Source: the human T2T-CHM13v2.0 reference genome, Homo sapiens. Taken from it: a stretch of 64,000 nt of DNA. A program made the position numbers and the translations under genes. This document shows, piece by piece, positions 40,604 through 57,927 of the stretch; position 1 is the first letter of the stretch; each line of letters begins with the position of its first letter. The DNA lies in NCBI RefSeq assembly GCF_009914755.1, contig NC_060927.1; one strand, given 5' to 3'. The notes under the pieces were generated by a model. The model was not told the DNA's origin and searched no databases. It was given only the letters and a program-made list of their open reading frames with translations.

Positions 40604-40760
40604 ACCAGATGTGGTGGTGCATACCAATAGTCATAACTACCAGGGAGGCTGAGCCAGGAGGATCACTTGTGCCCAGGAGTTCAAGGCCAGCCTGGGCAAC
40701 ATAGCAAGACACTTATCTCTTAAAAAACAAAAACAGAAAGAAAATTTAAAAAGAAAGAAA
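40604..40760 (+). mobile_element. FLAM / Alu monomer inside L1
   Basis: Single arm (ggaggatcacttgtgcccaggagttcaaggccagcctgggcaacatagcaagac) plus A-rich tail. Confidence 0.8.
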
Positions 40761-43700
40761 AAGAAATGCGTACGGAAATCCCACATGTGGAAGCAAAAGA
40801 TGATATCTATCCTCATTAAAACATACAAAAGTATAAAATGCACTGGAGAGCAAACACATAAATAAGTAAGAAAAAGAATTCAAATGTTCTTACTACACAA
40901 AACCACTAAACCACAATGATAAATAGTAAGAGAGAGCGAAAAGAACAAAGGATATACACAACAACCAGAAATCAATTAATAAAATGACAGGAATAGCCCT
41001 CACATAGCAATAAAAAGTTTGAATGTAAATGAATTAAACTGTCCATTTAAAAGATATAGAGTGGCTGAATGAATTAAAAAACATGACTCAACTACATGCC
41101 ACCAAGAAACTCATCTCTCCTGTAAAGACACATATAGACTGAAAATAAAGGGATAGAAAAAGATATCCCATGCAAACAGAAACCAAAAATAAGCAGGAAT
41201 AGCTATAGTTATCTCAGACAAAACAGACTTTAAAGTGAAAAACAGTAAAAAGAGACAAAGAAGGTCATTATATAATGATGAGGAGATCAACTCAGCAAGA
41301 GGATATAATTATACTAAACATATATGCACCCAGTACCAGAACACCCAGACAGATAGCAAATATTAGATCTAAAGGGAGAGATAAACTCCAACACAATAAT
41401 AGTTGGGGACTTCAACATCCCATTCTCAGTATTAGACAGATCATCTAGACAGAAAATTAACAAAGAAACATTGAGTTTAAGCTGCACATTAGACCAGATG
41501 GACCAAACAGACAGAGAACACTTCATCCAACAGCTACAGAATACACATTCTTCTCATCAACACATGGAATATTCTCCAGGATAAGCCATATATTAGGACA
41601 CAAAACAAGTCTCAACAGATTTTTAAAAATTGTAATCATATCAAGTATCTTCTCAGACCACAATGGAATAAAACTAGAAATCAGTAAGAAGAGGAACTTT
41701 GGAAACTGTACAATTATATGGAAATTTAAAAACATGCTCCTAAATGACCACTGGGTCAAGGAAGAAATTAGGAAGAAGTTCAAAAAAATTGAAACAAATG
41801 AGAATCAAAGCACAATATGCCAAAACCTATGGGATAAAACCAAAGCAGTGATAAGAATGAATTTTATAACAATAAATCTGACATCAAAAAAGTCGAAGGA
41901 TCCCCAGTAAGTTCTAATAATTCACCTTAAGAAATTAGAAGAGCAAGAAAATAAGGAAAGAAATAATAAAGATCAGAGCAGAACTAAATGAAATAGACTA
42001 CAAAACCATACAAAGGATCAACACACTGAAAAGTCTGTTTTTTGAAAGGATAAACAAAATCAACAAACCACTAGTTAGACTAAGAAAAAAAAAAGACACA
42101 AATAGAATCAGAAATGAAAAAGGAGACATTACGACTGTTGTCACAGAAATGCATAAGATAATCAGAGATTGCTATGAACAACCATACACTAACAAACTAG
42201 GTAACTGTGAGGAAATAGATGAATTCATGGACACATATGACCTATCAAGACTGAATCATAAAGAGAGAAACTGAACAGACCAATTACAAGTAATGAGATT
42301 GATTCAGTATCAAAAGTCTCCCCACAAAGGAAAGTCCAGGACTGGATATCTTCACTGCCAAATTTTGCCATAATTACAAGGAAGATCTAACACCTCAAAC
42401 AATTCCAAAAATTGAAGAGGAAGGACTTCTCCATAGCTTATTCTATGAAGCTGGCATTGCCCTGATATCAAAACCAGACAAGTTTGCAATAAAAAAGAAA
42501 ATTACAGACCAATATCCTTGATGAATTTAAATGCAAAATTCCTCAACAAATATGACCCCCAAAAATCCAGCAGTACACCATGATCAAGTGGTATTTATCT
42601 CATGGATACAAGTACAGTTCAACATACACACATCAACAGAATAAAGGACAAAAACTATGTGATCATCTCAATAAAAGCAGAAAAAGCATTTGATAAAATT
42701 TAACATCTCTTCATGATAAAAAAAGAAAAACCTCCTCAAATTGGGTATAGAAGGAACATACCTCAAAATAATAAAGGCCAAATATGACAGGTAACACCAT
42801 ACTAAATGGAAAATTGAAGGCCTTTAGATCTGGAACAAGACAAGGGTGACCACTTTCACCACTCCTATTGAACATAGTACTGGAAGTCCTAGACAGAACA
42901 ATCAGGCATGAAAAAGAAATAAAAGGCATCCAACTTGGAAAAGTGGAAGTCAAACTGCTCCTCTTTTTGGATGACATGATCTTATATCTAGAAAAGCCTA
43001 AAGCCTCCACCAAAAAACTCTTAGATCTGATGAATAAATTTGGTAATACTGCAGGATACAAAATCGATATACAAAAATTAGTAGCATTAATATACAACAA
43101 TATCGAGCCAGCTGAAAAAGAAATAAAAAAGTGATCCCATTTATAATAGCTATAAAATAATGAAATATGTGGGAATAAATTTAACTAAGGAAGTGAAAGA
43201 CCTCTATAATGGAAACTAGTGAACTACGATGAAATAAATTAAAGAGGACACAAACAAATGGACAGACATCATATGCTCATGAATTGGAAGAATTAATATC
43301 ATTAAAATGGCCATGCTGCCCAAAGCAATCTACAGGTTCCATGCAATTCTTATGAAAATACCAATGCTATTTTTAGAAATAGAAAAAACAATCCTAAAAT
43401 TCATATGGAACCAAAAAAGAACCCAGAAAACCAAAGCAATCCTAAGCAAAAAGAACAAATCTGGAGGCATCATTATAAGGCTATAGTAACAAAAATAACA
43501 TGGTATTGGTGACACATAGACCAATGGAACATAATAGGAAATCTAGAAATTAATTTATGTATTTACAGCCAACTGATTTTCAACAAAGATGCCAAGAACA
43601 GACATTGGAGAAGGAACATCTTCTTCAATCATAGTGCTTGGATATCTATAGGCAAATAATGAAACTGGACCCCTATCTCTCACCATAGATGAAAAATAAA

Positions 43701-44876
43701 CTTGAAATGGATTAAACACTTAAAATATAAGACCTGCAACTATAAAACTACTAACAGATAATATAGGGGAAACACTTCAGGACATTGGTTTAGGAAAGAT
43801 TTTATGAGTAAGACTTCAAAAGCATAAGCAACGAAAACAACAAATAGACAAATGGAACTTAACTAAACTAAAAAGCTTCTGCAGAGAAAAAATAACAGAG
43901 TGATCAGACAACCTTCAGAAAAAGAGAAAATATTTGGAAACTATGCATGCAACAGGAGACTGATATTCAGAATTTACAAAGAACTCAAACAACTCATCAA
44001 TAACAAGAAAAACCCCAAATAATCTCATTAAATAGTGGGCAAAGGATATTAATAGATATTTTTCAAAATAAGACATACAAATGGCCAAGAGGCATATACA
44101 AAACGCTCAACATCACTAATCATCAGGGAAATTAAAACCATGATGAGCTATCATCTTGTACCAGTCAGAATGGCTATTATTAAAAAGACAAAAAATAACA
44201 GATGACAAGGATATAGAGAAAAGGGAATGCCAGTCACTGTTGGTGGGAATGTAAATTAGTACAACCTCTTTGGAAAACTGTATGGAAATGTATCAAAGAA
44301 CTAAAAATAGAAGTGCCATTTGATCCAGCAATTCCACTACTGGGTATCTACCCAAAAGAAAATAAATCATTATATCAAAAAGATACCTACACTTGCATGT
44401 TTATCACAGCACAAAATTACAATCACTATAGCATAGATGTGGAATCACTTAAGTGTCCATCAATGGATGAATGGATAAAGAAAATGTGGTATATATACAC
44501 AATGGAATACTATACAGCCATAAAAAAGAAATCATGTCTTTTGTAGCAACATGGATAGAACTGGAGGCCATTGTCTTAAGTGAAGTAAGTCAGACACAGA
44601 AAGACAAATACTGCATGTTCTCACTTACAAATGGAAGCTAAATAATGTATATACGTGGACTGAGAGACAATGGAACCTGGGAAGGGTGGAAGAGTGTGAG
44701 AGGGTAGATGATGAGAAATTACTTAACAGGTACAATATACATTATTTGGGTGACGGATACACTAAAAGCCCTGACTTCACCACTTCACAATATATCCATG
44801 TAACAATATTGCACTTGTATTTCTTAAATGTATAAAAACAAACAAATAATAAATGAGATATACGTTTGTTAGCTTA

Positions 44877-46415
<1,539 letters not shown>

Positions 46416-46419
46416 AAAG

Positions 46420-47820
46420 TGAATGGTGCTGGGAAAACTGGATATCCATATGCAAAAGAATGTTCCCCTATTTCTCACCATACACAAAAATCAACTCAAA
46501 ATATGTTAAAGACGCAAGTGTAAGACCCAAAACTATAAAGCTACTAGCAGAAAATATAGGGGAATCACTTCAGGACATTGGTCTAGGGAAATATTTTATG
46601 CCTAAGACCCCAAAAGCACAAGTATCAAAAACAAAAACAAAAACAGACAAGTGGAACTTGATTAAACTAAAAAGTTTCTGCACAGCAAAAGAAACAATCA
46701 ATAAAGAGAAAATCTCTTGAATGGGAGAAAATATTTGCAAACTATTCATTCAGTCAGAGACTAATATCCAGAATATACAAGGAACTCAAACAACTCAACA
46801 ATAAACCAAACAATCCCATTAAAAAGTGGGCAAAAGACATGAATAGATATTTTTAAAAATAAGACACAGAAAAGGTCAACAGGTATATGAAAAAATACTC
46901 AATATTCCTAATCATCAAGGAAATGCAAATTAAAATCGCAATGAGATATCATCTTACCCCAGTTAAATAGGCTGTTATTAAAAAGACAGAAAATAACAGA
47001 TGCTGGTGAGGATATGGAGAAAAGGGAATTCTTATGCACTGTTGATAGGAATAAAAACTAGTACAACCACTATGAAAAACAGTATGGAGATTTATCAGAA
47101 AAACTAAAAACAGAACTATAATATGATCCAGCAATCCCACTACTGGGTATTTATCCAAAGGAAAAGAAATCAGTGTATCAGAAAGATACCTGTACCGTCA
47201 TGTTTACAGAACTATTCACAATAGTCAATATATGGAATATATGGAATCAACCTAAGTGTCTCTCAACAGGTGGATGGATAAAGAAAGTGTGCTATATTTA
47301 CACAATGGAATGCTATTTGGCCATAAAAATAATAAACACATGTTATTTGCAGCAACATGGATAGAACTGGAGGTTACTATGTTAAGTGAAATTAAGCTTG
47401 GCACAGAAAAACAAATATCACATAATCACATGTTCTCACTCATCTATGAGAGCTACAGAAGTTGATCTCATGGAGATTGAGAGTTGAATGATAGTTACGA
47501 GAAGCTGGGAAGGGTGTTGGGGGTTGGAAGAATGAATAGAGTTTGGTCAGTGAGTAAAAACATGCAGTTAGATAGAAGAAATAAGTTCTAATGTTTGATA
47601 ACAGAGTAGGGTGATTATAGTTAACAACAATATATTGTATCTTTCAAAACAGCTAGAGGAAAGGACTTGAAATATTCCCAACACATAAAAATGATAAATA
47701 CTTGAGGTGATAGGTACCCTAAATACCCTGACTTGATCATTACACATTCTGTGCACGTAACAAAATATCACATGTACCCCATAAATGTGTACAGGTATTA
47801 CGTATCAATTAAAAATAAAG
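46420..47820 (+). mobile_element. L1MA-type 3' fragment
   Basis: [13 protein letters not shown]...SPYTKINSK; L1MA-like 3' end ending aattaaaaataaa. Confidence 0.88.
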
Positions 47821-50800
47821 TGGCAAGTTAATTTTTGACTAGGCTGTTTCCTAGAGAAAATAACTAATTTTGATAATGATAGACCACACTATGGTCTGAA
47901 TTTTGGGTTTGCCCTCCTGGCGGCCTACTGAACAACTGACAAATTATGTGAGTTATATAAAGTATTAATTGCTTCAAAAATAAGATTTCAACTAGGAAAA
48001 AGAAGGATTAACGCTATTTGATAAAAATATTTTTCTTTCCAAAATCTGACAGATTATGACATGTGATATTATATTTTGATGAACATAGTGTATAAAACTA
48101 TGATGGTTCAGACTAGATTTTTAAGTACAAATGTTTCATATTCATGACTATATTTCGCTGTTTGTGTTCCACTACATTATCAATAATGAGGTCAGTTTGG
48201 GGAATCAGTAAGGATGTAAAACTAGAGAAAAACTTTTCATAAGAATTTTGAAAATGTTTAAGAAGCATTGGTAATTTTTAATTTGTTTCTTCTCCAGTTG
48301 TTGTAGAAACCAGAATAACTACATGACAAAATGCAGGGTTTCATTTTACCTTCTTCTTTCTGGCTTTTTATTGTGATATTCTGTGGTTCAGAATTTTTTT
48401 AAATAGGCAAGAGTTCACATGTATACTGCATTTTAATAAAACAGGGAGAGTCCAAAATTGACTGTAGAAATTCTTTGTTTCAAGGGCTACCTGCAACCTA
48501 CTCTCCTAAAGTAAGATTTTTCCTGGTTTCTCGGGTCCCTAATGTATTAAAAGTGCCCTATCTAGGGCAGTCTCTCTAGGTGATGGCTAACATTCCACAA
48601 TTCTGAAAAGGGCCCAGAAGGTCTTTTCTAAAAGATACAAACCTGAGATTTACAACCTTTTGTCCTATCTCTCCTCTCACAAACACCTCACTGCACATTT
48701 GGCATGCATAGAAAGCTCATGACCACAGACTGTTATTTCTAGATACAGAAATAATTAGAAATAAATTAGAAATAATTCTAGTTCTAGAGTATTTTATTTA
48801 GTATAGATAATTACAAGATTAGAGATTCACATTACATAATTATTTTTGACATGGGCTAAAAGCTTTGTCTTTTTCAAGCTCTGCCAGTTTTACGGCCCCT
48901 TTACCTTGATGCAAGCCTCAAATATGGCTGGTTGCTCTTGTTTTAACTAAGCATTAGTTCAATTTCAGGCTCTGTCCTGTAGGACCCATTTAGAGCCTGG
49001 AAATGGCAGTGCTCTTTTCACTTTGGGCTCCCAGTGAGCTCCATGGGCTTTAGGTCAAACCTGGTCTTGCAGACACCTTGATCCATTGTCCCTGAGCTTT
49101 GATTGTCCAGAAATGCTTTGGATCCTCCTCTGAGAACACTGGCTGATGCTGTGACACAATATCTACACCAAGTTTAAATAAATTGTTTGTCAATATGTGA
49201 AATGTTATTGATAAAATTGTACCAGTTCTAAAAAGCCCAGTAAGCAAGCCCCTTTTTGTGGAATTATGACCACCTGAAGAATGTGTGACATTGTCACATT
49301 CTCTAGCCTTTCAGCAAGCCCGGAGTTTGTGCATTCTAGATAATGTAATCCAGCTGACTTCTATATGTGAATTACGAACATTAATACCTAATTACTATTT
49401 TTCTCTTTATGTCTTATCTAATGAAGAGTAATAAGGAAGATGAATTAGTAATTCTAGTTAATCTCTGTCTCATGGAGACTGACTATAAGTCAATCTCATA
49501 GTCAATCATAGGGTAGGGTGGGTGGGGAATCTCCACTCACAAAATACATGAGAGGTTGAGCTATAGAGTAAAGCCTAAAGTCTGCAAATGAGACCCACCC
49601 TGGGGTACATTCCTTGTCAATGGAAGTGTCTGATGACAGGGAGAGGTTACAGGAAGAAATGCCAAAGAAAGCTGTTTCTTCAGGTCTGTGCTGAGTCCAG
49701 TCTCAGACTATTAATGAGACATGGAAATTACTAAGTGATTTCCATATAAGCAAATTACTTGCTTATATGGAAAGCAAGATAATAAGTAGAACACAGGTTC
49801 CAAAAGTTTGGGTTGGCTATTATATTAAGACATTTGAAATATGCTAAATGAGTTTACCTTTGAACTTAGCTGGCACCATTTTGTCCTTGGCTAAGGTTGA
49901 CCCTACAACATGGAGGGAGATCTGAGCGGTACTGTGATGATCTCAGTGGCTTTAGTGTCTACCAGTAACCATACTGCACAATTTTAGCATAATCATTGTC
50001 ATCATGATCATCATCATCATTACTACTACTATTCAGAAGAGATGAGATATAGTAGAGTCACATAATATCACATAATATGTGCATATTGTGAGTCCAGTTC
50101 AACTACCTTCATGGAAATAAAACACTGTAAACATATTTGGCATGTGTATTCTTTATTATATTCTGTCCATCCTGCACACACAGCAAAAAGTTGTAAGTCC
50201 AAAGCCATGAATACTGTGTTTGATTATTTTTAAGAGAAGATTGGATTATACGTAACCTTCTTATTACAGATTGATTTTAGAGTCTATGTTCTGGGTAAGA
50301 CATGATTCTACTCTATAGTATAGATTCCTGTTAAGCAAATAAAATGTATTCTGTTTGTATTTTGTTTATCTTCACACATGGATTATATTCATTTACTATA
50401 ATAGTTATAAAAATAAGTTCTAAAGCAATATCCTAATTAATTATTCATTCTTCACAATTTATACTTATTCCTTGGAGGCAGAAGGGGTCCACTCTTCTTT
50501 CTGCCGTGAGGTGTTGGGAACCTGGGAGAACTCAGGACAGTGTGATGTTCACCTTGGTTGAGGAAAGGTGCCCAGTACAATCAACAGGGATACCACACAC
50601 TTGGTTTCCCTTATCACAAAAGTATTTTTCTTGGCTTCTAAACTTAATTTTATATTAAAAAAACACATATAGAATGGGAAATGTGTTAAATAGTGAGAGT
50701 GGGTGAAATTTTTATTAGATTTTCTAAAAAGAGACTGGAGAAGTTAGTACAAAAGGAACTAGCTGACTAGACAGAATAAGCATGAATATCATAGAGGGGA

Positions 50801-51989
50801 GAGGTCATGAAAAACACTGAAGACTTTGAAAAAGTTGCATGAATGTCCAGAAAGAGTCTCATCAATAGAATCTTTCATTGTGGAGATGAATTGCCAGGCA
50901 GGAATTACAGTCTTTCTCAGCCAGGTTGATGAATGGCATCATCTCAAATTATACAGCCCGTGAGACTGATTACCTTAGAGAGCCTAGACATGTACTGTTA
51001 GGAGCTGTGTCAGGGTCAACCCCCCACCACCAACTGGCAATTACACTGAAGCTTACATGCAAATTTACCTACAAACCTGTCAGACATATATGTTTTGCAA
51101 AAATATATTTAAGAAGACAGGCATAAGATATATCGAATCAAAATATTGTTTCTACTTCTTTGGAAGACACAGAAGCCTTTAAAAAGATCTGCTTTATCCG
51201 CATTGCTCAGGTGATAGATACTCTCATCCATGTTAAGATAAAGCTTGATTGTTACAAGATGTATCTAGAGTCATGAGTCATAGGAACAGAGTCTGTCAGA
51301 GATTAGATCATATCTGTTACTCTTGGGAAAATGTGGAAGTTCTGCTTCTTTTAAAGAAATATAGGTTTTTCCTGCCTCACTGGTCAGCCTTTCCCAGTGC
51401 AGGGACACACACTCACGCTATTTGTACTGTGCCTTTCTCTCTAGAATAAGAACCAAAAACCTTTAATTCTGCAGAAAAATGATATTTAAACTATTCAGAG
51501 AAAACTAATGTGAGCAATATAATAAGATGCTTGGCTCTGAGCAAAGTTATGCTCCAGGAATATGATTGGGAAATTGTAAGCTGAAAACATTTACCTATTT
51601 TGTTTCTGTAGCCCCAAGAAGATGAACTAAAACAACAGTGAAATGCTATGAATCATTAAGAAGACATGGGAAATGAAAATAACCACTATCCTGCCAGTTT
51701 ATTGAACCTAGAAATATCATGTATTATTCTGGTCATTGCATTCAAAGAAATCAAATCATAGCAGGCTTGAAGAAGAGCAGGGGGGACTTCCATATACAGA
51801 AAGCACAGACCCTCCATTTCCCCTGAAAAAAGGCCTAGAGGGGGATAAGATTAAAATACATACAGCAGAGAAAGCTGTGACTAGATAAACACAAACTCAC
51901 CAGGAGTCAGTCTCATGGGAAGCTTGAAAGTTGCAAATTTAAGACAAATAAAAGGAAGAATTACTTTGCACAGTAGTTAGTAAGTGCAA

Positions 51990-52305
51990 TGTACTGAATA
52001 TTTGTATTCCTGTAAAATTTATATGTTGAAGCTTAGATCCTCAGTGTGACGGTATTTGGAGATGGGGCCTTTGAGAGATAACTAGGTCATGAAGATGGAG
52101 CTCTCATGATGGGGTTGGTGCCCTTATAAAAGACAGGGGAGAGCTTGCTCCCTCTTTCTCCACCAGGACACAGCCCCTCACCAAACACTGGGTCTGCCAA
52201 TGCCTGGATTTTGTATCTCCCAAAATTCTGCCTGCACAATTTTTGAGAAATTTCTGTTGTTACAGTCACCCAGTCCATGGCATAGCAGCCCAAACAGACT
52301 AAGAT
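51990..52305 (+). mobile_element. MLT1A/MST-like LTR
   Basis: ggtatttggagatggggcctttg...cccttataaaagac...gcagcccaaacagactaaga. Confidence 0.75.
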
Positions 52306-52389
52306 AGTAAGTTTCATGCAGTCTTTTCTCAGAGGGGAAGTACTAGTGACAAACATCCTTAATGCCAAGAAAGGCTTGAGTCATTGTGA

Positions 52390-52630
52390 TAACATAGCTC
52401 AGGGCATAAACTTTGACATTAGATGGTCTTGGGTTTGAATCCCAGGTAGGCCATTTGCTGAGAGTGACTTTGGGCAAGTTAGGTAATCTCCCTGGAACTT
52501 CATTTTTCTAACCTATAAAATAGAGATGTTGACATTATCTACCTCACTAGGTTGTGAAGATTAAATGAGATAATGAATGGAAACATCTAACATGGGGCCC
52601 AGCACATAGTAAAAGATCAACACAGGTGAA
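52390..52630 (+). mobile_element. MIR
   Basis: gggtttgaatccc...gtgactttgggcaagtt...gttgtgaagattaaatgagataat. Confidence 0.8.
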
Positions 52631-52679
52631 CTAGCAATATGATTTATGCATTATTCATGGATAAGAGTTCCTGTAATGG

Positions 52680-53430
<751 letters not shown>

Positions 53431-54511
53431 AAGATAATAACTCAGTTAACTTAGTTCTGACAATATTAAGAGCCATTTTCAAACTCTCTAGTGTGCCACT
53501 CCATCCTTGCTTGAGGACACACACAGTCTACTGCTAAATGTGCCACTTGGCATCTGTGTGTTAGGTTAAAGGGAACTCAAAATGTATTTTGAAAAGCATA
53601 GGATTTTCAGGATTCCATCTTAGATTCTCACCATTGTAGACCTGTAGAACAGCAGGGAAAAGCAAATTAGGGCCACATCAACAAAAAATACTATAATAAA
53701 TTTTCTCTTGTTGATATGTTCTGAAAATAACAAATATGAAATATTGTAGAAGCCATTGCCAATCTTATGTCTTTCTATTTGTGACTCAGTGGATCATAAG
53801 ACTAGATACTCAATTAATCAACACCTGAAAAATATTATGATAATAAGGCCCAAGATTCTGAAGGTAGTTTTCTAAACATCTTTTAGAATAGTCTTTCTAA
53901 TGACATCTGCAGTGATGTTTGTAGTTGAAGACAAAATTCATTCTTGATATTTCTGTCAGTGTGCTTAAATTAATTTTATTTTAAATTTGAAAACTATAAT
54001 CTTGTATTAGTGTTGTGGTGACTTATATGTGGGAAATGAAGCTTCACATCAATGCTTCACATCAATGCTCCCATCCTTCAAAGTGAATTGGAGATCCAGA
54101 CATCATGGCTGAGAACAGGGAGCTCAGGGCAGTGTGAACAGATAGAAGGAAGCACAGTAAATGATTTCCTCATACCTCCATCTCTCTTCTATGTCATGTT
54201 CTTACCCCTAAAGTTAACTTTTTTATAACATTCATCCATCCACCCATCCATCAACAGATACTTAATGGGCATATCTTAACAGGCACAGTAGGTACAACAA
54301 CTAAGATCCACACTATTTTCAGAGGTCTGTGAAAATGTTTTAATTTCTTTTAAAATTAGAAGAAAAAATAACTTTTAGGTTGAAGAAAATGTTTTCATAC
54401 TAATATTATTTGTCTTTACAGCAATGCAGTGACAAAATATAATTTCAAATATTTTTAATGAAGGAAGAAGCCCAGGGAAGTAAAAGTGCTAAGGGCCCTT
54501 GAAATTCATAA

Positions 54512-57180
54512 TATGTATTGAAGGAACATACCTCAAAATAATAAAGAGCCATCTATGACAGACCCACAGCCAACATCATACTCAATGGGCAAAAGCTGGA
54601 AGCATTCCCCCTGAAAACTGGCACAAGACAAGGAAGTCCTCTCCCACCACTCCTGCTTAAACACAGTACTAAATATAGTCCTGGTCAGAGCAATCGAGCA
54701 AGAGAAAGAAATAAAGGGCATCCAAATACGAAGAAAAGTAGTCAAACTATCCTTGTTTGCAGGTGAAATAATTCTATATGGAGAAAAACCACACAATCTC
54801 AACTCAAAAAGCTCCTTCAGCTGATAAACAACTTCGGCAAAGTTTCAGGATACAAAATCAATGTACAAAAATCACTAGCATTCCTATACACCAAACGACA
54901 GCCAAGCTGAGAGCCAAATCAGGAACACAATCCCTTTCACAATTGCCACAAAAAGAATAAAATACCTAGGAATACAGCTAACCAGAGAAGTGAAAGTTCT
55001 CTAAAATGAGATTTACAAAACACTTGCCAAAGAAATCAGAGATGACACAAACAAATGGAGAAACAGTCCATGCTCATGGATAAAAAGAATCAATATCATT
55101 AAAATGGCCACACAGCCCAAAGCAATTTACAGATTCAATGCTATTTCTATCAAACTACCAATGACATTCTTCACAGAACTAGAAAAAAAAATTTTTAAAT
55201 TCATATGGAACCAAAGAAAGAGCTCGAATAGCCAAGGCAATTCTAAGCAAAAAGAACAAAGCTGGAGGCATCACACTACCCAACTTCAAAATATACTACA
55301 GGGCTACAGTAACCAAAACACAATGGTACTAATACAAGAAAAAACACATAGACTAATGGAACAGAATAGAAAATCCAGAAATAAGGTCTCACACCTACAA
55401 CCACCTGATCTTTGACAAATTTGACAAAAGCAAGCAATGGGGAAAGGATTCCTTATTCAATAAATGATGCTGGGATAACTGGCTAGCCATATGTAGAAGA
55501 CTGAAACTGGACTCCTTCCTTATACCATATACAAAAATCAACTCAAGATGGATTAAAGACTTAAATGTAAAACCCAAAACTATAAAAACTGTGGAAGACA
55601 AGCTAGGCAATACCATTCAAGATATAGGAACTGGAAAATATTTCATAATGAAGATGCCGAAAGCAATTGCAACAAAAGCAAAAATTGACAAATGGGCTTT
55701 AACTGAACTTAAGAGCTTCCGCAGAGCAAAAGAAACTATCATTAGAATACATAGACAACCTACAGAATGGGAGAAAATATTTGCAAACTATGCATCTGAC
55801 AAAGGGTCTAATAATACCCAGCATCTATAAGGAATTTAAACAAATTGACAAGAAAAAAACAAACAGCCTCATTAAAAAGTGAGCAAGGGACACGAACAGA
55901 CACTCTTCAAAAGAAGATACATATGTGGCTGGGATGGTTAATACTGAGTGTAAACTTGATTGGATTGAAGGATGCAAAGTATTGATCCTGGCCGTGTCTG
56001 TAAGCATGTTGCCAAGGAGATTAACAATGGAGTCAGTGGGCTGGGAAAGGCAGATTCACCCTTAATCTTCGTAGGCACCATCTAGTCAGCGGCCAGTTCA
56101 GCTAGAATATAAAGCAGGCAGAAAAACGTGAAAAGGCCAGACTGGCTTAGCCTCCCAGCCTACATCTTTCTCCCATGCTGGATGCTTCCTTCCCTTGAAC
56201 ATCAGACTTCAAGTTCTTCAGCTTTGAGACTTGGACTGGCTTCCTTGCTCCTCAGCTTGCAGGTGGCCTATTGTGGGACCTTGTGATCGTGTGAATTTAA
56301 TACTCCTTAATAAACTCCCCTTTATATTTATCTATCTATCCTACTAGTTCTGTCCCTCTAGAGAACCCTGATTAATACAGTGGCCAAGAAGCATATGAAA
56401 AAAAGCTTAATAGCACTATCATTAGAGAAGTGCAATTAGAGAAACCACAATGAGGTACCATCTCACACCAGTCAGAATGGCTATTATTAAAAAGTCAAAA
56501 AATAACAGATGCTGGCAAGGTTGTGGAGAAAAGGGAATGCTTATACACTGCTGGTGGGAGTGTAAATTAGTTCAACCATTGTGGAAAGCAGTGTAACAAT
56601 TCCTCAAAGAGCTAAAAGCAGAATTACCATACACTTCAACAATCCCATTACATATACCCAAAGGAGTATAAATCATTGTGTCATAGACACGCACGCATAT
56701 GTTCACTGCAGTGCTATTAGAAATAGCAAAGACAAAGAATCAATCTACATGTCCATCAATGACAGATTGGATAAAGAAAATGTACATATACACCATGAAA
56801 TATCATGCAGCCATAAAAAAGAATGAGATCATGTCTTTTGCAGGAACATGGATGGGGCTGGAAGCTATTATCTTTAGCTAACTAACACAGAAACAGAAAA
56901 ACAAATACCACATGTTCTCACTTGTAAGTGGGAGCTAAATGATGAGAACACAAGGACACAGAGGGGAATAACACACACTGGGGCCTACTTGAGGGTGGAG
57001 GGTGGGAGGAGGGAGAGGATCAGAGAAAAAACTATTGGGTACTAGGCTTAGTACCTGGGGGATTAAATAATCTGTGCAACAAACCCCTGTGACATGAGTT
57101 CACCTACATAACAAACCTACACATATACCTCTGAACCTAAAATAAAAGTTAAAAGTTTTTAACAATACTTTAAAAAAAGA
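54512..57180 (+). mobile_element. 5'-truncated old L1PA
   Basis: ORF2 3' half ([24 protein letters not shown]) and 3' UTR; TSD aaattcataa at 54502-54511 and 57506-57515 encloses the L1 plus the downstream Alu. Confidence 0.92.
55930..56379. mobile_element. MLT2A (ERVL) solo LTR inside L1
   Basis: TG...CA ends (tgggatggttaatactgagtgt...ctagagaaccctgattaataca); 5-bp TSD gtggc at 55925-55929 and 56380-56384. Confidence 0.9.
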
Positions 57181-57193
57181 AGAAGAAGAAGAA

Positions 57194-57509
<316 letters not shown>

Positions 57510-57927
57510 TCATAAAGTAACCCTGCCTCTTACTTAAGTCTCAACTCTCTGCCACGAGCTGCAAAGGAAATCAAGAAAACATAAGTTACAATCTCTTATC
57601 CTTTCCCAGCCTTTCTCTTTGGTTTTAGTTCCTGTGTGTTGCCTACAAGGCAAAATTGAGAGAAGGTGTCCTGGACCTTGGCCCTGAAGTAGCAGCAACT
57701 CACCAGTATCTCAGTTCCAGATAAACATACATATTTATTTGTAAATATAGTTAAATGTCCCCACAGAACTGAACTTCATGGGCACCTTCAGCAAGAGGGT
57801 CTGCCAGCAAACTGATGTGCAAAGCAAATGATGTGCATGCAGTCTCAGCAGATCTCCTCATGGAGCAGCACCTTGGAATCATCAGGAAGTGATGGAACCC
57901 ACTCTAAAACTGCAGAACCAATCTTTG

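Noticed and set aside
42711-43524. L1 ORF2 fragments as an active retrotransposon
   Set aside because: ORF1 and ORF2 contain many stops, frameshifts and nested Alu-family insertions.
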